Of a DNA stretch of 64,000 nucleotides, positions 41,145-56,194 are shown piece by piece. The stretch is from NCBI RefSeq assembly GCF_006345805.1, contig NC_043000.1:105090001-105154000 (forward strand), in the 5' to 3' direction. Under the pieces are notes generated by a model, which saw only the letters and a list, made by a program, of their open reading frames with translations, had not been told where the DNA came from and made no database searches. The stretch comes from Octopus sinensis (taxonomy: Eukaryota). A program made the translations under genes and the position numbers. Every line of letters begins with the position of its first letter. Positions within the stretch are counted from its first letter, which is position 1.

Positions 41145-43561
41145 GAACACAGAAAGAAACAGTACTAATGTATTCAGTACTAATGGACATGACAAAGTTG
41201 TAAAACATTTAAAGCTTTATCTGGTCAACAACAGATTGCAAAACGTTAATATAAAGTCCACTCAACTTCAACAAAACGTCATCAAGTGATAAAGCATCTC
41301 TTCTACCACTCCGTTACCACCAACACCACTAACATTATTATCAGTAATAGTCAGAAGATGTAACTATTTCCTTCACCACCACGAACAACAACAACAGTAA
41401 CAGCAACAGCAGCAATCGCGATTCTTCTTCGTCGCATATATATGACCGAGAAAAGGTGTTATAATATACTTAGAGCACTTATGTGCACCACTCTAAGCAA
41501 TTATGGCATATTGTCGTTATTTATTGATGCTAGTTGTGTTGCTGTTGGTTAGACTTCAATTGGCCCTGATGTGAAGACTTTTGCTCATTCTTTCCTTTAA
41601 AAAACGAGCAAAAAACTGGGTATAAATTGCAGCTCCTTTCTTAGCTAGAACGATTGTGTATTTCAGTGGTTTTTAAACGGAACCGATTTCCGAAGGTGCA
41701 TCAAGGAGGTTAGCTTGAAAAATTCAATTCTAATAACTGGACGTCTTGAGAAACGTGTTATTCATAATTTTGCTATACCAAAATATGATTAATAAAACAA
41801 GGAATGCAATGAACAGAAAGAATCGTAATAGCGTCAGAAAAAAATAAATGCTTTGCAGAGTTTGTTCTGCCTTTTTACATTCGGAGTTCAAATCCCGCCG
41901 AAATCAACTTTGTCGTTCATCCATTCGCGGTTTATAAAATGAAGAAACAGTCACGCACAGGATCAATGGAATCGACTGTCCCCAGTTGTAATTAAAATTG
42001 CTTGTATTCTGCCTAAATCAAACATTTCTTTCTCTAAATTTTCCACACATAATTGTTTTTAAACATTCTGAGGTGTCTCTGTAATATTTCATTTCACCCC
42101 CAGAACTACTAGCATAAAGAATCACACGTTTAATCTAATTTGTTGAGTTGAGAAGGAGTATAATCGATTAAATTTGATCTCATTACACATTTGGCACAGT
42201 GTTTTATCGATCAGAGCCCGATGAAAGTCTAGGTCTAATTCTCAATTTAATTTGAACTTAGAATGTCAACAGGTCCAACTAGCAAAAGCAAGGGATTTCC
42301 CCCTCAGACAAAATGTGACTCTAATATACTTCTGGTACTGCGTTTTATTGATCTCACACTGACGAAATTAAAGATCTTAGAACTTAGCACACCAACAAGA
42401 CCGATTAGCTAAGGCAACAGATTTAATCATCAGACTTTAGGGTTTCTGTCTTCAGAAATCGATAACACTAACCATAAAACATCCAAGAAAAGCCTTTGAC
42501 ATGCAATCATTCTCTTGCTCACTGCCCCACCCTTCAACACACACACATACACAAACAAACAAGCCTCCACATTTATTAATATTGATGTTGTCACGTACAA
42601 GTAAAACGTTGTCATAGTAACACAGCGATTTCTAATATCAGAATCTCTCTTTCATTACATCACGGGATTCCTTAGCATTGCTGTTGATGCTGTTGCTTTT
42701 ATTCTTGTCGCTGTCATCGTTGCTGTTGTAGGTCAGACATGCGAACGAATCTATTCCAGCTGACATTCTAACTTTTTACTACATGGAAGAAACCGAGGAT
42801 CGCATTGTCTAATGTGGCCCTTTCTAAGTCTCTAGGCTGTGATTTAGTAGCTATTTCTAACAGGTCTAGTAACCACATAGAGGCATCCTCGGTAGCTGAT
42901 AATGTATTTGTTAATTGTTGTTACTGCTGTCAGTGACTCTGGATTCGTATATTATGACGGTCGTATTGTTGTTCTTTTTGCAGTATCTGCTGTCGTTGCC
43001 GGCTTCCGACATTGCTTTCCTTTTTATTGTTGTTGGTGTTGTTATTGCTGTTGCTACTGCTGTATGTTAATGTAATTGTTATTGTTGAAATTGCTACCGC
43101 TGTTTATATTAGGACGGGAACGTCTTCTGACGTTTTTATTGGTGTTATTATTGTTATTGTTGTCGGGTGATGGTTGCTATTTTCGTTGTTATTGCTGTTG
43201 ATTCAATTTTTAGTGTTATTTTATGTTACTCATGTTGCTGCGGTGATTTGTGGATTTTTGTGAAACGTTTATCGTTGCTGGTAGTGGTAACGATCTTGTT
43301 ATTTTGTTTTACTGCTGTTGTTGTTGCTGCTGGTGGTCGTCATGGTGGTATTATAAGATGTTCGGATGAGTTAATTCCCTGGTCCAGTCAATCAGGTCAC
43401 TTCTCATCTGTACTCAATTTGCCAATTTTCACAAATTACATCCATGTTTCATGGGTATTTCACAGATACGCTGCAAGTTCCATGCACAAAGCATTTCCAA
43501 AAGCCGCTGAATTTTGGAAAAGACGTCCCGCTCTTCTTTTCCGGCAGAATTTGATCTTCAT

Positions 43562-43800
43562 AAGGCGGCGAGCTGGCAGAAACGTTAGCACGCCGGGCGA
43601 AATGCTTAGCAGTTTTTCGTCTGTCTTTACGTTCTGAGTTCGAATTTCGCCGAGGTAGACTTTGCTTTTCATCCTTTCGGGGTCGATAAATTAAGTACCA
43701 GTTACGCACTGAGGTCGATGTAATCGATTTAATCCCTTTGTCAGTCCTTGTTTGTCCCTTCTACGTTTAGCCCCTTGTGGGCAATAAAGAAATAAGAAAA
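43562..43800 (+). mobile_element. Young full-length SINE family A with TSD
   Basis: Near-identical to 22186-22420; flanks gatcttcat (43553-43561) and gaccttcat (43801-43809). Confidence 0.92.
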
Positions 43801-44181
43801 GACCTTCATCTTTTTTTTTAATGCAGGGTTAACAAGTACTTTGCCTAACTTTGGCAATTGCTTTCATATTAACATTTTTAGCGTATTTGTTATTAACATG
43901 TCACATTATTCCACTTTTTTTTAGTTTCCTTATTATCATCTCATGTACAGTATTTCATGGCAATTAGATTTTCCATTAGTTCTTTTATAATTTTATCTTT
44001 GTATTCAGTTTTATCAAATACATCATTGACAGCTTATGCATATATGTAGAGAGAGTTTTTATGGCATTAATTCTCTTCCCTCTAATCAATTGCCTAGAAG
44101 TAGCCTAGGGATGATTCGAATAAAGAAAAAAGTAGCAGTTGTTATCATTTGCTGCTGTTTTGTCGTTCGCGTTATATTGCC

Positions 44182-44218
<37 letters not shown>

Positions 44219-44254
44219 AAGGGAGTGGGTAGCGATTTTCTTCACTACTTCAGG

Positions 44255-44594
44255 GAGTGACGATCTTGACACGAATCCCGGGTTCAGCTGGCTCAGGCTG
44301 ATAATACCCGGTATGGGCCCCTATTGAGGGTTACGGAAAGGAGACAACCTTCAAAGAAATCCGGAGTGGAGCCCCGTGGGTGGTTTAGTATTCGACTTGA
44401 CACTCTTCCAGCAGCTCCTGCAATCAAGCTGGTGCCAAACGTAATACTCTGCACTCCTTAGGACTACGTCAGCAAGGTCGGGAGAGGAATCTCGACGATT
44501 GGGCTACCCAGGATTTTCTTACATCTAGCCCAGGCCTGCGCAAAACTGATTTTATGCGCAACTCCATTCTCTCCCGAGACGAAAGAATGCCAAC

Positions 44595-44595
<1 letters not shown>
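44255..44595 (+). mobile_element. GC-rich island between (GTA)n tracts; possible LINE UTR fragment
   Basis: Unique sequence of visibly higher GC content flanked by (GTA)n on both sides; no ORF. Family not identified. Confidence 0.3.
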
Positions 44596-44662
<67 letters not shown>

Positions 44663-44728
44663 CAGCAGCAGCAGCGGCAGCAACAACAGCAATGATAGGA
44701 ACGACAACAACAATAACGAGAACACGAG

Positions 44729-45216
44729 TTAACTAGGATTCTTAACCTTGGTCACACGATCTCCTTTATATAGCAGCCAAAATTTCCTTCGAATCACTAC
44801 CTTTTTCTTTTAACAATGGAAAGACCTGTTGAATAAGGCTTCTTAGATGCACTACGTTAGAAAATTAAAAACCGGACCGGATGATTCGACGAAGTTATTT
44901 TTGTTTTTGTTATTGTTCGTCTTGTCATTGGTGTTGTAGTACGGTCCTGATAGAACAAACCCGTTCCTGTTGAAAAGACTGTGGATGTTGCATTTACTCT
45001 TGATATTACTGTTGTTGTTGTTGTTACTTTCGTTTACCCCCATGGTAACACTATTTGAACAGACTTACGGCGATAGTAATTACAGTTGTGATCATCGGGT
45101 CCAGCTTTTAGTTTTCTAATGAAGTGAAGTAGGACAGCCTTATTCAACAAATTTGAGGGAAATTTTGGCTGCTATGTAAAGCAGATCGAATGACCAAGAT
45201 TAAGAATCCTAGTTAA
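44729..45216. repeat. Diverged inverted repeat pair, ~59 bp (44729-44787 and 45158-45216)
   Basis: ttaactaggattcttaa.cttggtca..cgatct.cttta.atagcagccaaaatttcc occurs on both strands; resembles an older repeat family also seen near 15640, 21900 and 39400. Confidence 0.7.
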
Positions 45217-45406
45217 TGTGTGTTGCTGTTATTGTTGTTGTCGTTGTTATCATTGCTGTGGCTAAAAAAATATATACAATGTATCACCTGAAGCTAGATG
45301 CGATAGTTCGTACCTAGCTTCGGGCGAGGTAGTTGTACTTTAAAACACGATATCTAAGCATCAATACTGCTTCAGTAGTATTGCTGCAGCTGCTGCCACT
45401 ACTACG

Positions 45407-45450
<44 letters not shown>

Positions 45451-46198
45451 CACCACCACCAAAACCACCACCATCACTACAACTGCTATCACAACTATAG
45501 CTAACATCACCACCACTACCTTCAAAACCATCAACCCTTCAAGAACCGTCAACATTATTAGTAACACCATCATCACCACCACTAACATTATCACAACCAA
45601 TGCCACCATCATTACTAGCGGATGTGTTCTCTCTGAGACACCGCTATCAGTCCATCTTTGAAGACTCCAGTCATCTAATGGAGATCGTGACAACTAGCAT
45701 AAAAAAAGAAGTCGACATTTCTGATTGTTACAATCTATATAATCATTTAACTTTAGGCCGGATCAGATCGATTCCATCGACTGCCAACCACATAATCTGT
45801 TTATGTATGTGTTTGTGTATGTATGTGTGTGTGTGTGTGTGTGTGAGGGGAGAATGCTTCTGTGTGTGTGTGCATGTATGTTCCTGCTTGTATGTATGTA
45901 CGATAGTATATATGTATGCATGCATGCATGTATGTATCTACGCATGTAGGGTGCTATGTATGTCGCCTCAGGTATTTTTCATATGCATGCATATGTCTAT
46001 GTGTAGGTATATGTATATGCATATGTGTATGTGCATTGCATGAATGCGTCTATTATTGTGTGCATGTTTATGTATATATGGCAGGTATACCTACACACAC
46101 ATATGCGCACACAGGTATGTCCGCAATTGTGTTTGGATATGTGTACCTGTCTTTATGCATGAGTATTAGATAGATAGATAGATAGATAGATAGATGAC

Positions 46199-46251
<53 letters not shown>

Positions 46252-46337
46252 TAGATAGATAGATAGATAGATACAGATATATGTATACATATAAACACAC
46301 ATACATATATATATATATACACACACACATATACACA

Positions 46338-46390
<53 letters not shown>

Positions 46391-47146
46391 CAATAGACAG
46401 GCTAATACATTATCACTAAGGAATGATTATGGAAGAAGCATACAGAGATTCGTACGTGTGTGGATGTGTTTGTGTCTCCTACTCCCGTCTGCTCGTGCGC
46501 GCGTGTGTCTATTTGCATTGAAAATACGATTATGACTTATTTTTATGCTTTTGAATAATGCGTTTTCTACAAAATTCCATTCAAAAATAGAAGTATGAAG
46601 CAATTCTCATAGCACAGCAAAATAAATAAATAAATAAATAAGGGTGGATAGAAAACAAAGAATAACAGTAGAATAAATACACCGAAGCATGCAGTCTCAA
46701 ACGAAAATAAATACCTAATTGATGACATATCTAATTGTCAAAATTTAGAACCCGGTGGTAATGTGTACACATCAGTCACATGGACCATACGTGCCGTAAA
46801 GAGAAAATAATATTTACTTCGACCTGATGATGTGTCTCTGACACTCTAGAAATGCTGATTATGGGTTTTGGAAAGTCGTACGAAAATATGAAAATTCTTA
46901 CAAAAACAGATAAATACACACTTGTGTATTTATCTGTCTGAAACAATTTAAAAGAATCAGGCAACACATTATAAGCTTTCTAACTTTGTCATAGATATCA
47001 ATATTCTAGTAATTTTCATAATGACTCTAAATGAAGAATTTTCCGTATCAGTAACAGCTAACAACGTTCTTGAATGCTCTTGGAGGTATACGATTTCCTC
47101 AGTTTTAAATTGCCACTTTTAGGTGTGATAAAGCCTGACGTGGTTT

Positions 47147-47445
47147 TATCTGTCGAACCGGTAAATTTCGGGGACGTAAACAAACCAAAAACATTTGTCA
47201 AGCTGTAATGGGAACAAATACAAATATAAAGGCGGCACACGCACATACACACACACGCACGCACACACACACACATATACACCCGACGGGTTTTATTTAG
47301 TCTCCGTCAACCAAATCCACTCACAAGCTTTATGTGGCCTGGGTCTATGATAGTAGACATTTGCCCAAAGTGACACGCAGTGGGACTGAATCTGGAACTG
47401 GAACTATGTAGTATGGAAGCAAACTTCTTACCGCACAGCCATACC
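47147..47445 (-). mobile_element. SINE family B, 3'-truncated and diverged
   Basis: Reverse-complement matches to the head (tggctgtgcggtaagaagtttgcttcc) and middle modules. Confidence 0.8.
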
Positions 47446-48134
47446 TTGATACAATGCAAATCAGATTTTTAAAATATTTTTTCTGATGTCGGCGCTGCGA
47501 CATTATCTCATATCTCTTATTATGCATATTTATTGGGAAGTTTTGTTGTATTTTCTGCTGTGCATAGAGGATACACCATAGAACAATTTACGTAAAGGAT
47601 TGCATTGTTTATTATTACCCAATATATATTTGTATTTCTCTGTCCTTTTCTTTCTCGCCCTTCTCTCTCTCTCTCTCTCTTTCCCTCAGTATGCACTCAC
47701 AAGCACACACATACACACATACACACACAAACACACATACATATATGCACACACATATATATATATACACACAATATATTTATATACCTGTATAGATATA
47801 CATATGTGTGTGAGAGAGAAAGAGAGAGAGAGAGTGTGTGTGTGTGCGTGTGCGCGCGACTTGGGGCAATATATGTTGTACTCATAGTAGTTATATATTT
47901 GTATGAAGCTTATTGATCACTCCATCGTTATTCGAGTTTCTCGTTATATGTAAGGAAAGAAAAAGATGAGACACACACACACATAAATGAGTTTATTAAC
48001 GTGTATGTATCTATTGTGTGTGAGTACGTGTGTGTGTGTGTGTGCATTTGCATGTGTGTGGTGTGTGTGTGTGTTTGCATGTGTGGTGTGTGTGTGTATT
48101 TATGAAAGACTAAAAACAAGGGGTAGATTAGAAC

Positions 48135-48213
<79 letters not shown>

Positions 48214-48829
48214 GGCGTGGGAGAGAAAAGGGGGTAGTTATCTGAGCAGAAATATCGATAGGCAGTTAGGTAGGAAGATAGGTGGGTGGTTTTTAAAACA
48301 TACAATTTCAGTAAACCGTTTTTGATATTTTTTTAGCATTACACACACACACACATAAAGAAATACATCTGCACACATAAGCCCGCACAAACACACACAC
48401 ACATAGATATATACATATATTTACGTATGTGTATGTTTATATACACATGCACATACACACACTGAGATATACTCACACATATCTATAATATGAATTATTT
48501 TTTTTTACTTATAACGAATAAGTATTAACTGAATACAATGCATAAATATAGATTTTTTAACCTCCTAAATCTTTATTCTATAAATTTATTTACCAAATAT
48601 GCTGTATGATATAAAATTTCATTGGTTTTGTTCTTCTATTCTTATATATTTTACTTTTTTGTTTCTTTTCATTTTTCTGTCTTTTATTTATATTATCAGA
48701 CAAAAACAACAACAGCAACAACAATGTAACAATCTTGCTTTCTTTGTAAATAGGAAAAAGCCGTTCGTATTTAGCATTGTTTTTTTATAACTAATAATGA
48801 AGAATATATATATATATATAATATATATA

Positions 48830-48882
<53 letters not shown>

Positions 48883-49206
48883 GTGTGTGTGTGTAATAAT
48901 ATACACATATAATATATATGTACATTATAAATATATACGTATATATATTATATATATAATATATATATATATATATAATATATATATATTATAAATATAT
49001 ATATATTATATATATTATAAATTTATTCATACGCATATACGTATGTACATGTATGAATATGTAAACAAACATAGGTGCATGTATGCATACATACTTCAAT
49101 GCTAACATGCATGCATGCAAAACTTCCTACATACATACATACATACATGCATGCATACATACATACATACATACATACATACATACATACATACATACAT
49201 ACATAC

Positions 49207-49237
<31 letters not shown>

Positions 49238-49504
49238 CATACATGCATACATATATACATATATTTACTTGATTTCAGATGAAGAAACCTGATCTCAGAT
49301 GAAATTACTTCCCACCAAATAATTATACCCCAGTAATATAAACCACAAACGGCCAAAACTCTTACTAAGGTTGCGCGACCTTAACACCTGTTAGTTACGT
49401 GCCCTTCATCCATCATCCATGTGAATATGCATATATATATATATACACAAACACATTCACATATATATGCGTATATATATATATATAAACATATGTGTGT
49501 GTAT

Positions 49505-49537
<33 letters not shown>

Positions 49538-49614
49538 CGTTTGTGTAGAGGTGCGTGGGTCATTTAGCTTTTGATTCATGAGGGTAAAATTGTGGTTTCT
49601 ATTCCTTTACAGGG

Positions 49615-49740
49615 CAGCATGTTGTGTTCTTAAGCTAAACACTTCATTTTCACGTTGCTCCAGTCCACTCAGCTGGCAAGAATAAGTAATCCTGCGACAG
49701 ATCGGCGTCCCATCCAGGGGGTAATATATGCACTACTGAT
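49615..49740 (+). mobile_element. SINE family C-related fragment with a Deu/Nin/V-like central domain
   Basis: tgttgtgttctt.agc.aaacact..atttcacgttgctccagtccactcagctg as in 11193-11528, followed by cctgcgacagatcggcgtcccatccaggggg. Confidence 0.6.
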
Positions 49741-49829
49741 ATCGGCAAACCCGCCATATGTATCTACATGACTTGTAAAGGATCTTCATCGTTTATTTAT
49801 ATACGCATATACACATTGCGATGGATCGG

Positions 49830-50410
49830 TGTCCCATGGTTCCGGGTTCAGTCCCACTGCGTGGGCAAGTGTCTTCTGCTATGGCCCCGGGCCGACCAAT
49901 GCCTTGTGAGTGGATTTGGTAGACGGAAACCGAAAGAAGCCTGTCATATATATGTGTATATATATATGTATGTGTGTGTATGTGTTTGTGTGTCTGTGTT
50001 TGTCCCCCTAGCATTGCTTGACAACCGAGGCTGGTGTGTTTATGTCCCCGTCACTTAGCGGTTCGGCAAAAGAGACCGATGGAATAAGTACTGGGCTTAC
50101 AAAGAATAAGTCCCGGGGTCGATTTGCTCGACTAAAGGCGGTGCTCCAGCATGGCCGCAGTCAAATGACTGAAACAAGTAAAAGAGTAAAAGAGAGATAT
50201 GCATATACACATTGAAAATATAAGAATAATGTAACACGAGGATGGGGGGGGTCTTAGGTTTTATTCTTATATTAATCTTATGTCCCAACCACATTGTTCC
50301 GGTATCAGTTCCACTGCGTGTCACCTTAGGCGAGATCTTCTGCTATAGCCTCGGGTCGACCAAAGCTTTGTGAGTGGATTTGGAAAACGGAAACTGAAAG
50401 AAGCTCGTCG

Positions 50411-50461
<51 letters not shown>

Positions 50462-50650
50462 TTGTGTGTGTGTATATATCGCTTGACAACCGATATTGGA
50501 GTGTTTACGTCCCCGTAACTTAGCGGTTCAGCAAAAAGGACCGACAGAATAAGTACTAGGCGTACAATGAATAAGTCCTGGGGTCGATTTGTTCGACTAA
50601 AGGTGGTGCTTCAGCATGGCCGCAGTCAAATGACTGAAACAAGTAAAAGA
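49830..50650 (+). mobile_element. Two consecutive SINE family B copies (49830-50196 and 50282-50650)
   Basis: Both show head remnant, microsatellite and the tail ending gcatggccgcagtcaaatgactgaaacaagtaaaaga. Confidence 0.9.
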
Positions 50651-50657
50651 ATATATA

Positions 50658-50695
<38 letters not shown>

Positions 50696-51540
50696 TACAG
50701 TATATATATATATATACATATACAGTATATATCTATCTTCCTATATATCTATCTTCCTATATATATATTTTTTTTGTCTGATAATATAAACATTGTTATT
50801 TTTTCAACTAAGAGGGTAGGGTGTGATAACGAGAGATATGGCTGCTATTTCAAACAATTTGAGTGGTGACGTAGAGGCTCCCTCATTCGCTTGTTTTTGA
50901 TGCTGTTGTTGTTGTTGTTGAACTTATTGCAGAAGCTAGCGTTGACGTTATTGTTGCTGTTGCTGCTCCTGTTGCAGTTACTATTACAATGTAGATGCTG
51001 TTGCTGTTAAATGCTGTTGCTAATGTTGTCGTTGCTGCTGTTACTATTGTTTCTGATATTGTTAATGCCATGACTCTGTTATTGTTGCTATTGTTGCAAC
51101 TTTTGTTGTCGTGGGTATTGTTAGCGTTGCAGTTGCCGTACTTATTGTTTTAGTGTTGCTATTGTTGCTAATGTTGTTTTTCAATTCCTCGTCGATGTAA
51201 TTTTTCGCTTTGTAATTGTTATTGTTGTTCTTGCTATTGTTTTTTGGTGTTGATACTCAAGTTGTTGCTGGTGCTGTTGTTGTAGTTGTAACCCTTGTTT
51301 TTGTTGTTGTTGTTGCGCTGTTCCTGTTGTTACACGTGATAGCAATGACATCAAAGATTAATGACCAAAACGCATCAGAAGCAAATTGGTAGACAGTAGA
51401 TCCCTCAGACCAGATGACTTCGACATCTAAAGGTCACACTGCTTCATCGCGAGCGAGTATTTTATGTTGGTAACCATGGTAATAATACTAAAGATTATTA
51501 ATGGTACTGAAATTACCTTGACTTTTCCGTTTATACGTAT

Positions 51541-52349
51541 ACTAGCAGCATAGCCCGGCGTTGCCCGGGTATGTAAGAGCCTCTAGTAGGCAACGACTAA
51601 TCCCAATCTAGTCCTTTCCCTCTAGGGAACGAAGGCGCATGTGTAGGTTGCAATGTCTTCTCTTCACTCCCAAATAACTATCAAACAGCTATCGATAATT
51701 CAACCCAACCAATTCCTACCAGGAAGAAATTACATTCGAGACTTTACCCTCAACACCGCCACCTCTGCTAATAGCTGCTGCAGCCGCAAGTTATTCGAAT
51801 ACTTTTTTTGTTTACACTTTCTTTATAACTACCACCCCAAACGTTTTACCTTAAATTTTTGACGTACCCTAAGGGTCCTCGGACGCTACTTGCAAACTCT
51901 TGGTTTATTATAAACCGCTTTTGTCGTGTGCATCAAAAAACCTTTTCCATTCGTTTGTTCAGTTTGGTCACTTTTGACTTTTTCGTTGTTGTCACTCACA
52001 TTGCTGCCCGCTTTTTTGCCGTTTTTGTACATTTTTATACATTTTGGGATACTTACCTCACGTGTTCCGAGAGTTAAAAAGGTCGAGTTGCGTCCCCTAG
52101 ATAGTCTGTAGAAAATGTGTTGCATATAAAAAGCTTAGATTCTCGACCCATGTCGAATTTATCGATTTTTTTTCAGAACTGGGAGAACTTTTCAAAATTT
52201 TCGCTGCGTTAGTTTTGAATTATGACATGGGGCTATGTGTGTGTCAAGTTTCATCAGAATCGGTTGAAAGCCGTGGTCAGGGTGAGGGTACAACCTGACA
52301 GACACACAGACACACCGTCAGACAAACTGCCGTTTATATATAGAGAGAT
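51541..52349 (+). mobile_element. Non-autonomous Helitron/Helentron derivative (Lep1/HINE-like), ~810 bp
   Basis: 5' end ACTAG followed by the hairpin cccggcgttgcccggg; 3' end aagtttcatcagaatcggttgaaagccgt...(acag/acac)n...tttatatatagagagat. This end architecture is typical of Lep1/DINE-type rolling-circle elements. Confidence 0.7.
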
Positions 52350-53346
52350 GAGTGAAGCATATGCGTGTGCGCGCGCACGCATGTGTGTATAGGTATCCCT
52401 TTATGCATATACACATGTATACGTGTATATATATATATATATACATACATACATATATATATATTTATATATATATATATCTTTTTTCTCCATTTACATA
52501 CACACTAACATACTTATTCACATAGATATACACATATGTATGTTTGTGTGAATGTGTATTTACATGCCGATGTCGATATACATACACACAAATACATACA
52601 CATACATGTGTGTGTATTTGTCTGTGTATGTGTATGTATCAACTCAAGTTGTGAGAAAAATCTTCAGTTTCAAAAAAAAACATACGCTCTACGACCTATA
52701 TTGAGGACTCTTATCTCATTTGTTGCACATAAAGCAACGTACGAATACTATACACACACAAACACATATATATATATATTTGCATGCATATATGCATGTA
52801 CGTACTTACGTATGTATGTTAGGATGTATGTATGTATGTATGTATGTATGTATGTATGTATGTATGTGTTATACATACATTAGTTAATGAGTCCTTCCTT
52901 TTGAGCGGTGGAAGGGCATGATTCGACGGAGAACTGGCTGTTATAGCTAAAGGTCAAGTGATCTTGTAATGTAATGGTAGGAACCCCTTCAAAGTTCTTT
53001 AAAACACCATATTAAGGAAGATTGTTAAAGTTTTAAAACCAAGATAGTAATTTAATGCATGTTGCCTTCAACAACCCGTAAGGCATAAGCAACAGTCTTT
53101 TAACTGTAATATTTGTCTTGTAACGTTAATCACGCGTCGAAATAAGTGCAAATTGAATATCAAATAGTCACAACATTATTACAGGCAATCAGAATACAGC
53201 ATTTAGTAGTTCATTTGCCTAATTTTATTAAAGCTTTTAAATCAATATTTTCATTTGCATCGCAGTTGCTAATATTAATAAAAAAAGATTTTCCACCAAT
53301 AGTACTTTCTCCGATTAGACGTAAATGAAAACCTCATTGTTTGTGT

Positions 53347-53417
<71 letters not shown>

Positions 53418-53620
53418 GTGTGTGTGTGCGTGCGTTTGTATACGTTATTTCTAATGTTTTGGTAGTAGTTTTTAAGAACTGTGATCTTAGACGTCCTTAT
53501 TTGACGAGCATTAATACGAAAAAAAGACTATGCGTTTCGACAAGCAAGCATTTTTATTCTTAAGAATTTTTATGCAAAAGAGCAATCTATTTTCGAACAC
53601 CATATTAATTCATATTCTAA

Positions 53621-54455
53621 GCAAGTTATGAAGTGTGTGAGCCAATTGCAAAGAAAGTGAAACCATACAGATCGAAGGCAAATTTCATAAAGAATATAAA
53701 ATTACTTCTAGGCAAATTTTAACTACAGTAGAAGTCAAATTCTTTTAAGAATATTAATTTATCATGAAAGGCACTTTTTGATCGAATAAAGAAGGGGTTA
53801 ACGATTTCTCTGAAACAATAAGGTCGGGCATTGTGCTTTATTGGACGACAGTGGGTTCGACAACAAATATAGTAGAGTACAGTTTTCTTTACTTGTACTT
53901 GGAAGAGGACATATTTTTCAAACCAAAGATTTATTCGGTATAAAATCGATGCATGAGGACTTCCGGAAGTGAAGATCATTTTTAGTGAGTTCAAATGATA
54001 AATAGTCATTTAGATTTACCGTTTGAAAAACTTAAACTGTATTGTTACGGACATTGTGCTGTATGTAGTAGGATCTCACGAATAACCTGTTGCTTGGAAC
54101 AAGAAACAGCTGAAGAACTGTCAACAAGAATTTAAAAGTGTGTTAACAAAATCTAAGCGTTCATTTTCTAAAAAAAACAATACGAGAAAATTGCTGGCAA
54201 AAGGGATCAATTTATATGAAGATATTATAAAGGGTTAAACAGCAGGTAATTTAAAGAAATACTGAAGGACATCGAAATGGAACGCGGTGATTTATAGTAG
54301 CGTTGTTGTAATGCTCTCTGGCTAAGCAAGTGCACTCATGCTCAAGAACTTCAATGTGCTAAAAGATTCAGTGAATCTCTTTATGAGTGTTAAAAGAATG
54401 GTTATGTGATTGGCATTTTTGGTCGACATCACTAGCCACTTAAGTGATTTATGAG
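53621..54455 (+). pseudogene. Heavily decayed hAT transposase (Charlie/Buster/SPIN, GTF2IRD2-like)
   Basis: Ordered motifs across frameshifts: ASYEV..IAKKVKP (53621), LLDDS, GIKSMH..EDxF, LPFEKL..IVTD (54016-54052), ERGDL...WLS..MLKNFNVLKDSVNLFM (~54280-54385), LAFLVDITSHLSDL (54411-54452). Confidence 0.8.
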
Positions 54456-54567
54456 CGAGCTTCGAGTGAATTTCTAACGTTACAAATAACTAATTCTGAT
54501 TACGCTAAATGATATGGAGGAGCGATTGTGAGACTATGACACGCATGTTGGTATACACACGTACACA

Positions 54568-54612
<45 letters not shown>

Positions 54613-54794
54613 ACACACATTTATATAACCATAGGCTCCAGTGCAGTCTTAATTCTTCTTCAATGATATTAAGTTTCCCCGCCTGTGTCACAAAAATTCG
54701 ATCGATGGTTCGTTTAACGGTGTTGAAGTTATTATTGATCTATGATGAAAGGCATTCCAACCATGACCGTCTCATCTTTTTAGGAATTTACATG

Positions 54795-54953
54795 ATTCTT
54801 TTCTACTCTAGGCACAAGGACCGAAATTTTGGGGGAGGGGGTCAGTCAATTAGATCGACCCCAGTACGCAATTGGTACTTAATTTATCGACCCTCAAAAG
54901 GATGAAAGGCAAAATCGACCTCGGCGGAATTTGAACTCAGAACGTAAAGACAG
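54795..54953 (-). mobile_element. 5'-truncated SINE family A (same tail as 22421-22617)
   Basis: attcttttctactctaggcacaagg.ccgaaattttggggg...gtcgacc-like..cggcggaatttgaactcagaacgtaaa. Confidence 0.88.
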
Positions 54954-55374
54954 CAATTTACATAATTACATTATTTAATGAGTCCTGTCTTTATATAAAA
55001 TAATATGGTATGCTATGAGAAAGATTTAGTTGCTATTTGCAGTTGATCGAAGGTAATATAAAGGATATCAAGTTAACTCATTTATTCGGAGCCCGGTCGA
55101 TAGGTACTTGGTCCATCTGGGAAATTGGCGCAATGGTTGACCCCCCAGATCTTTCCTACAACGTGGAATGAGGATTACAATAATTAGTTTCATATTTCTC
55201 AAGCATCACTAACTCCAGCCTTTAGCTGGAGAACTTTGTTCCCGCAAAACAAAATTACATAATAGTTCAAACGGCTCTACATTAAATTCTAGGGCATAAA
55301 TGTAGCATCGCTTATGATTGAATATTTATTCGGAAGCATATATAACTTGTATGTATGTATGTAACTTTCTATTT

Positions 55375-55590
55375 GTGTTTGTCTCCACTACCGGTTGACA
55401 ACCAGGGTTGGTTTGTGTACGTCCCTATAAAGTAACGGTTTGGCAAAAGAGAACGATAGAATCAGTATCAGGCTTTAAAACTATAATTTCAGGTATTGAT
55501 TTGTTCGACTAAACCATTCAGGAGGATGCCCCAGCATGACCGCAATCCAATGACCTGGAACACGTAAATGATAAAACATGCAAGATAAAA
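55375..55590 (+). mobile_element. Diverged 3' half of SINE family B
   Basis: ggttgacaacc...tacgtcccc.taa..taacggtttggcaaaagag...gatttgttcgactaaa...ccagcatgaccgca. Confidence 0.75.
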
Positions 55591-55859
55591 GATGTGTTTG
55601 TAAGTACGCATGTATGTGTATGCATATGCATGTATTCATATATATGTATATAAACATACATATGTACACATACACACACACACACAAACACACACACATA
55701 TATGTATATGTATAGCAATATTATTATTTCTAATATATATATATATATATATACGTGGGTAATTCGAAAACTAAACTCTCCATAATATTTAGATATCACA
55801 GAAATCCATGGAAAGTGCATATTTAAAGATTCCCCGACCTTCGCTAGTCACAGAATCAT

Positions 55860-56163
55860 ATATACACGTACACACACTTACACACATACACACATACATA
55901 ATACATACATACATACACACGTACACACACAAACATACATACCTACACACATACATACATACACACACACATACACACACACATACACACACACATACAC
56001 ACACATACATACATACACAACACATACACACATACACTCACACATACATACATACATACATACACATACACATACATACATACACAACATGCACTACGCC
56101 CACACACCTCCACGCACACACGCATACATTCACACACACACACACACATACGTACACACACAT

Positions 56164-56194
<31 letters not shown>

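Noticed and set aside
43330-43552. Unique moderate-GC segment with open frames on both strands (ORF 43167-43637)
   Set aside because: No recognisable motif or clear splice sites; the long ORF is stitched from low-complexity sequence and a SINE.
46824-46855. CTGATGA + GTGTC/GACAC stem + GAAAT
   Set aside because: Four extra nucleotides before GAAA, no NUH triplet or stem I; not a supportable hammerhead. The nearby 14-bp hairpin (46906-46937) is unexplained but small.
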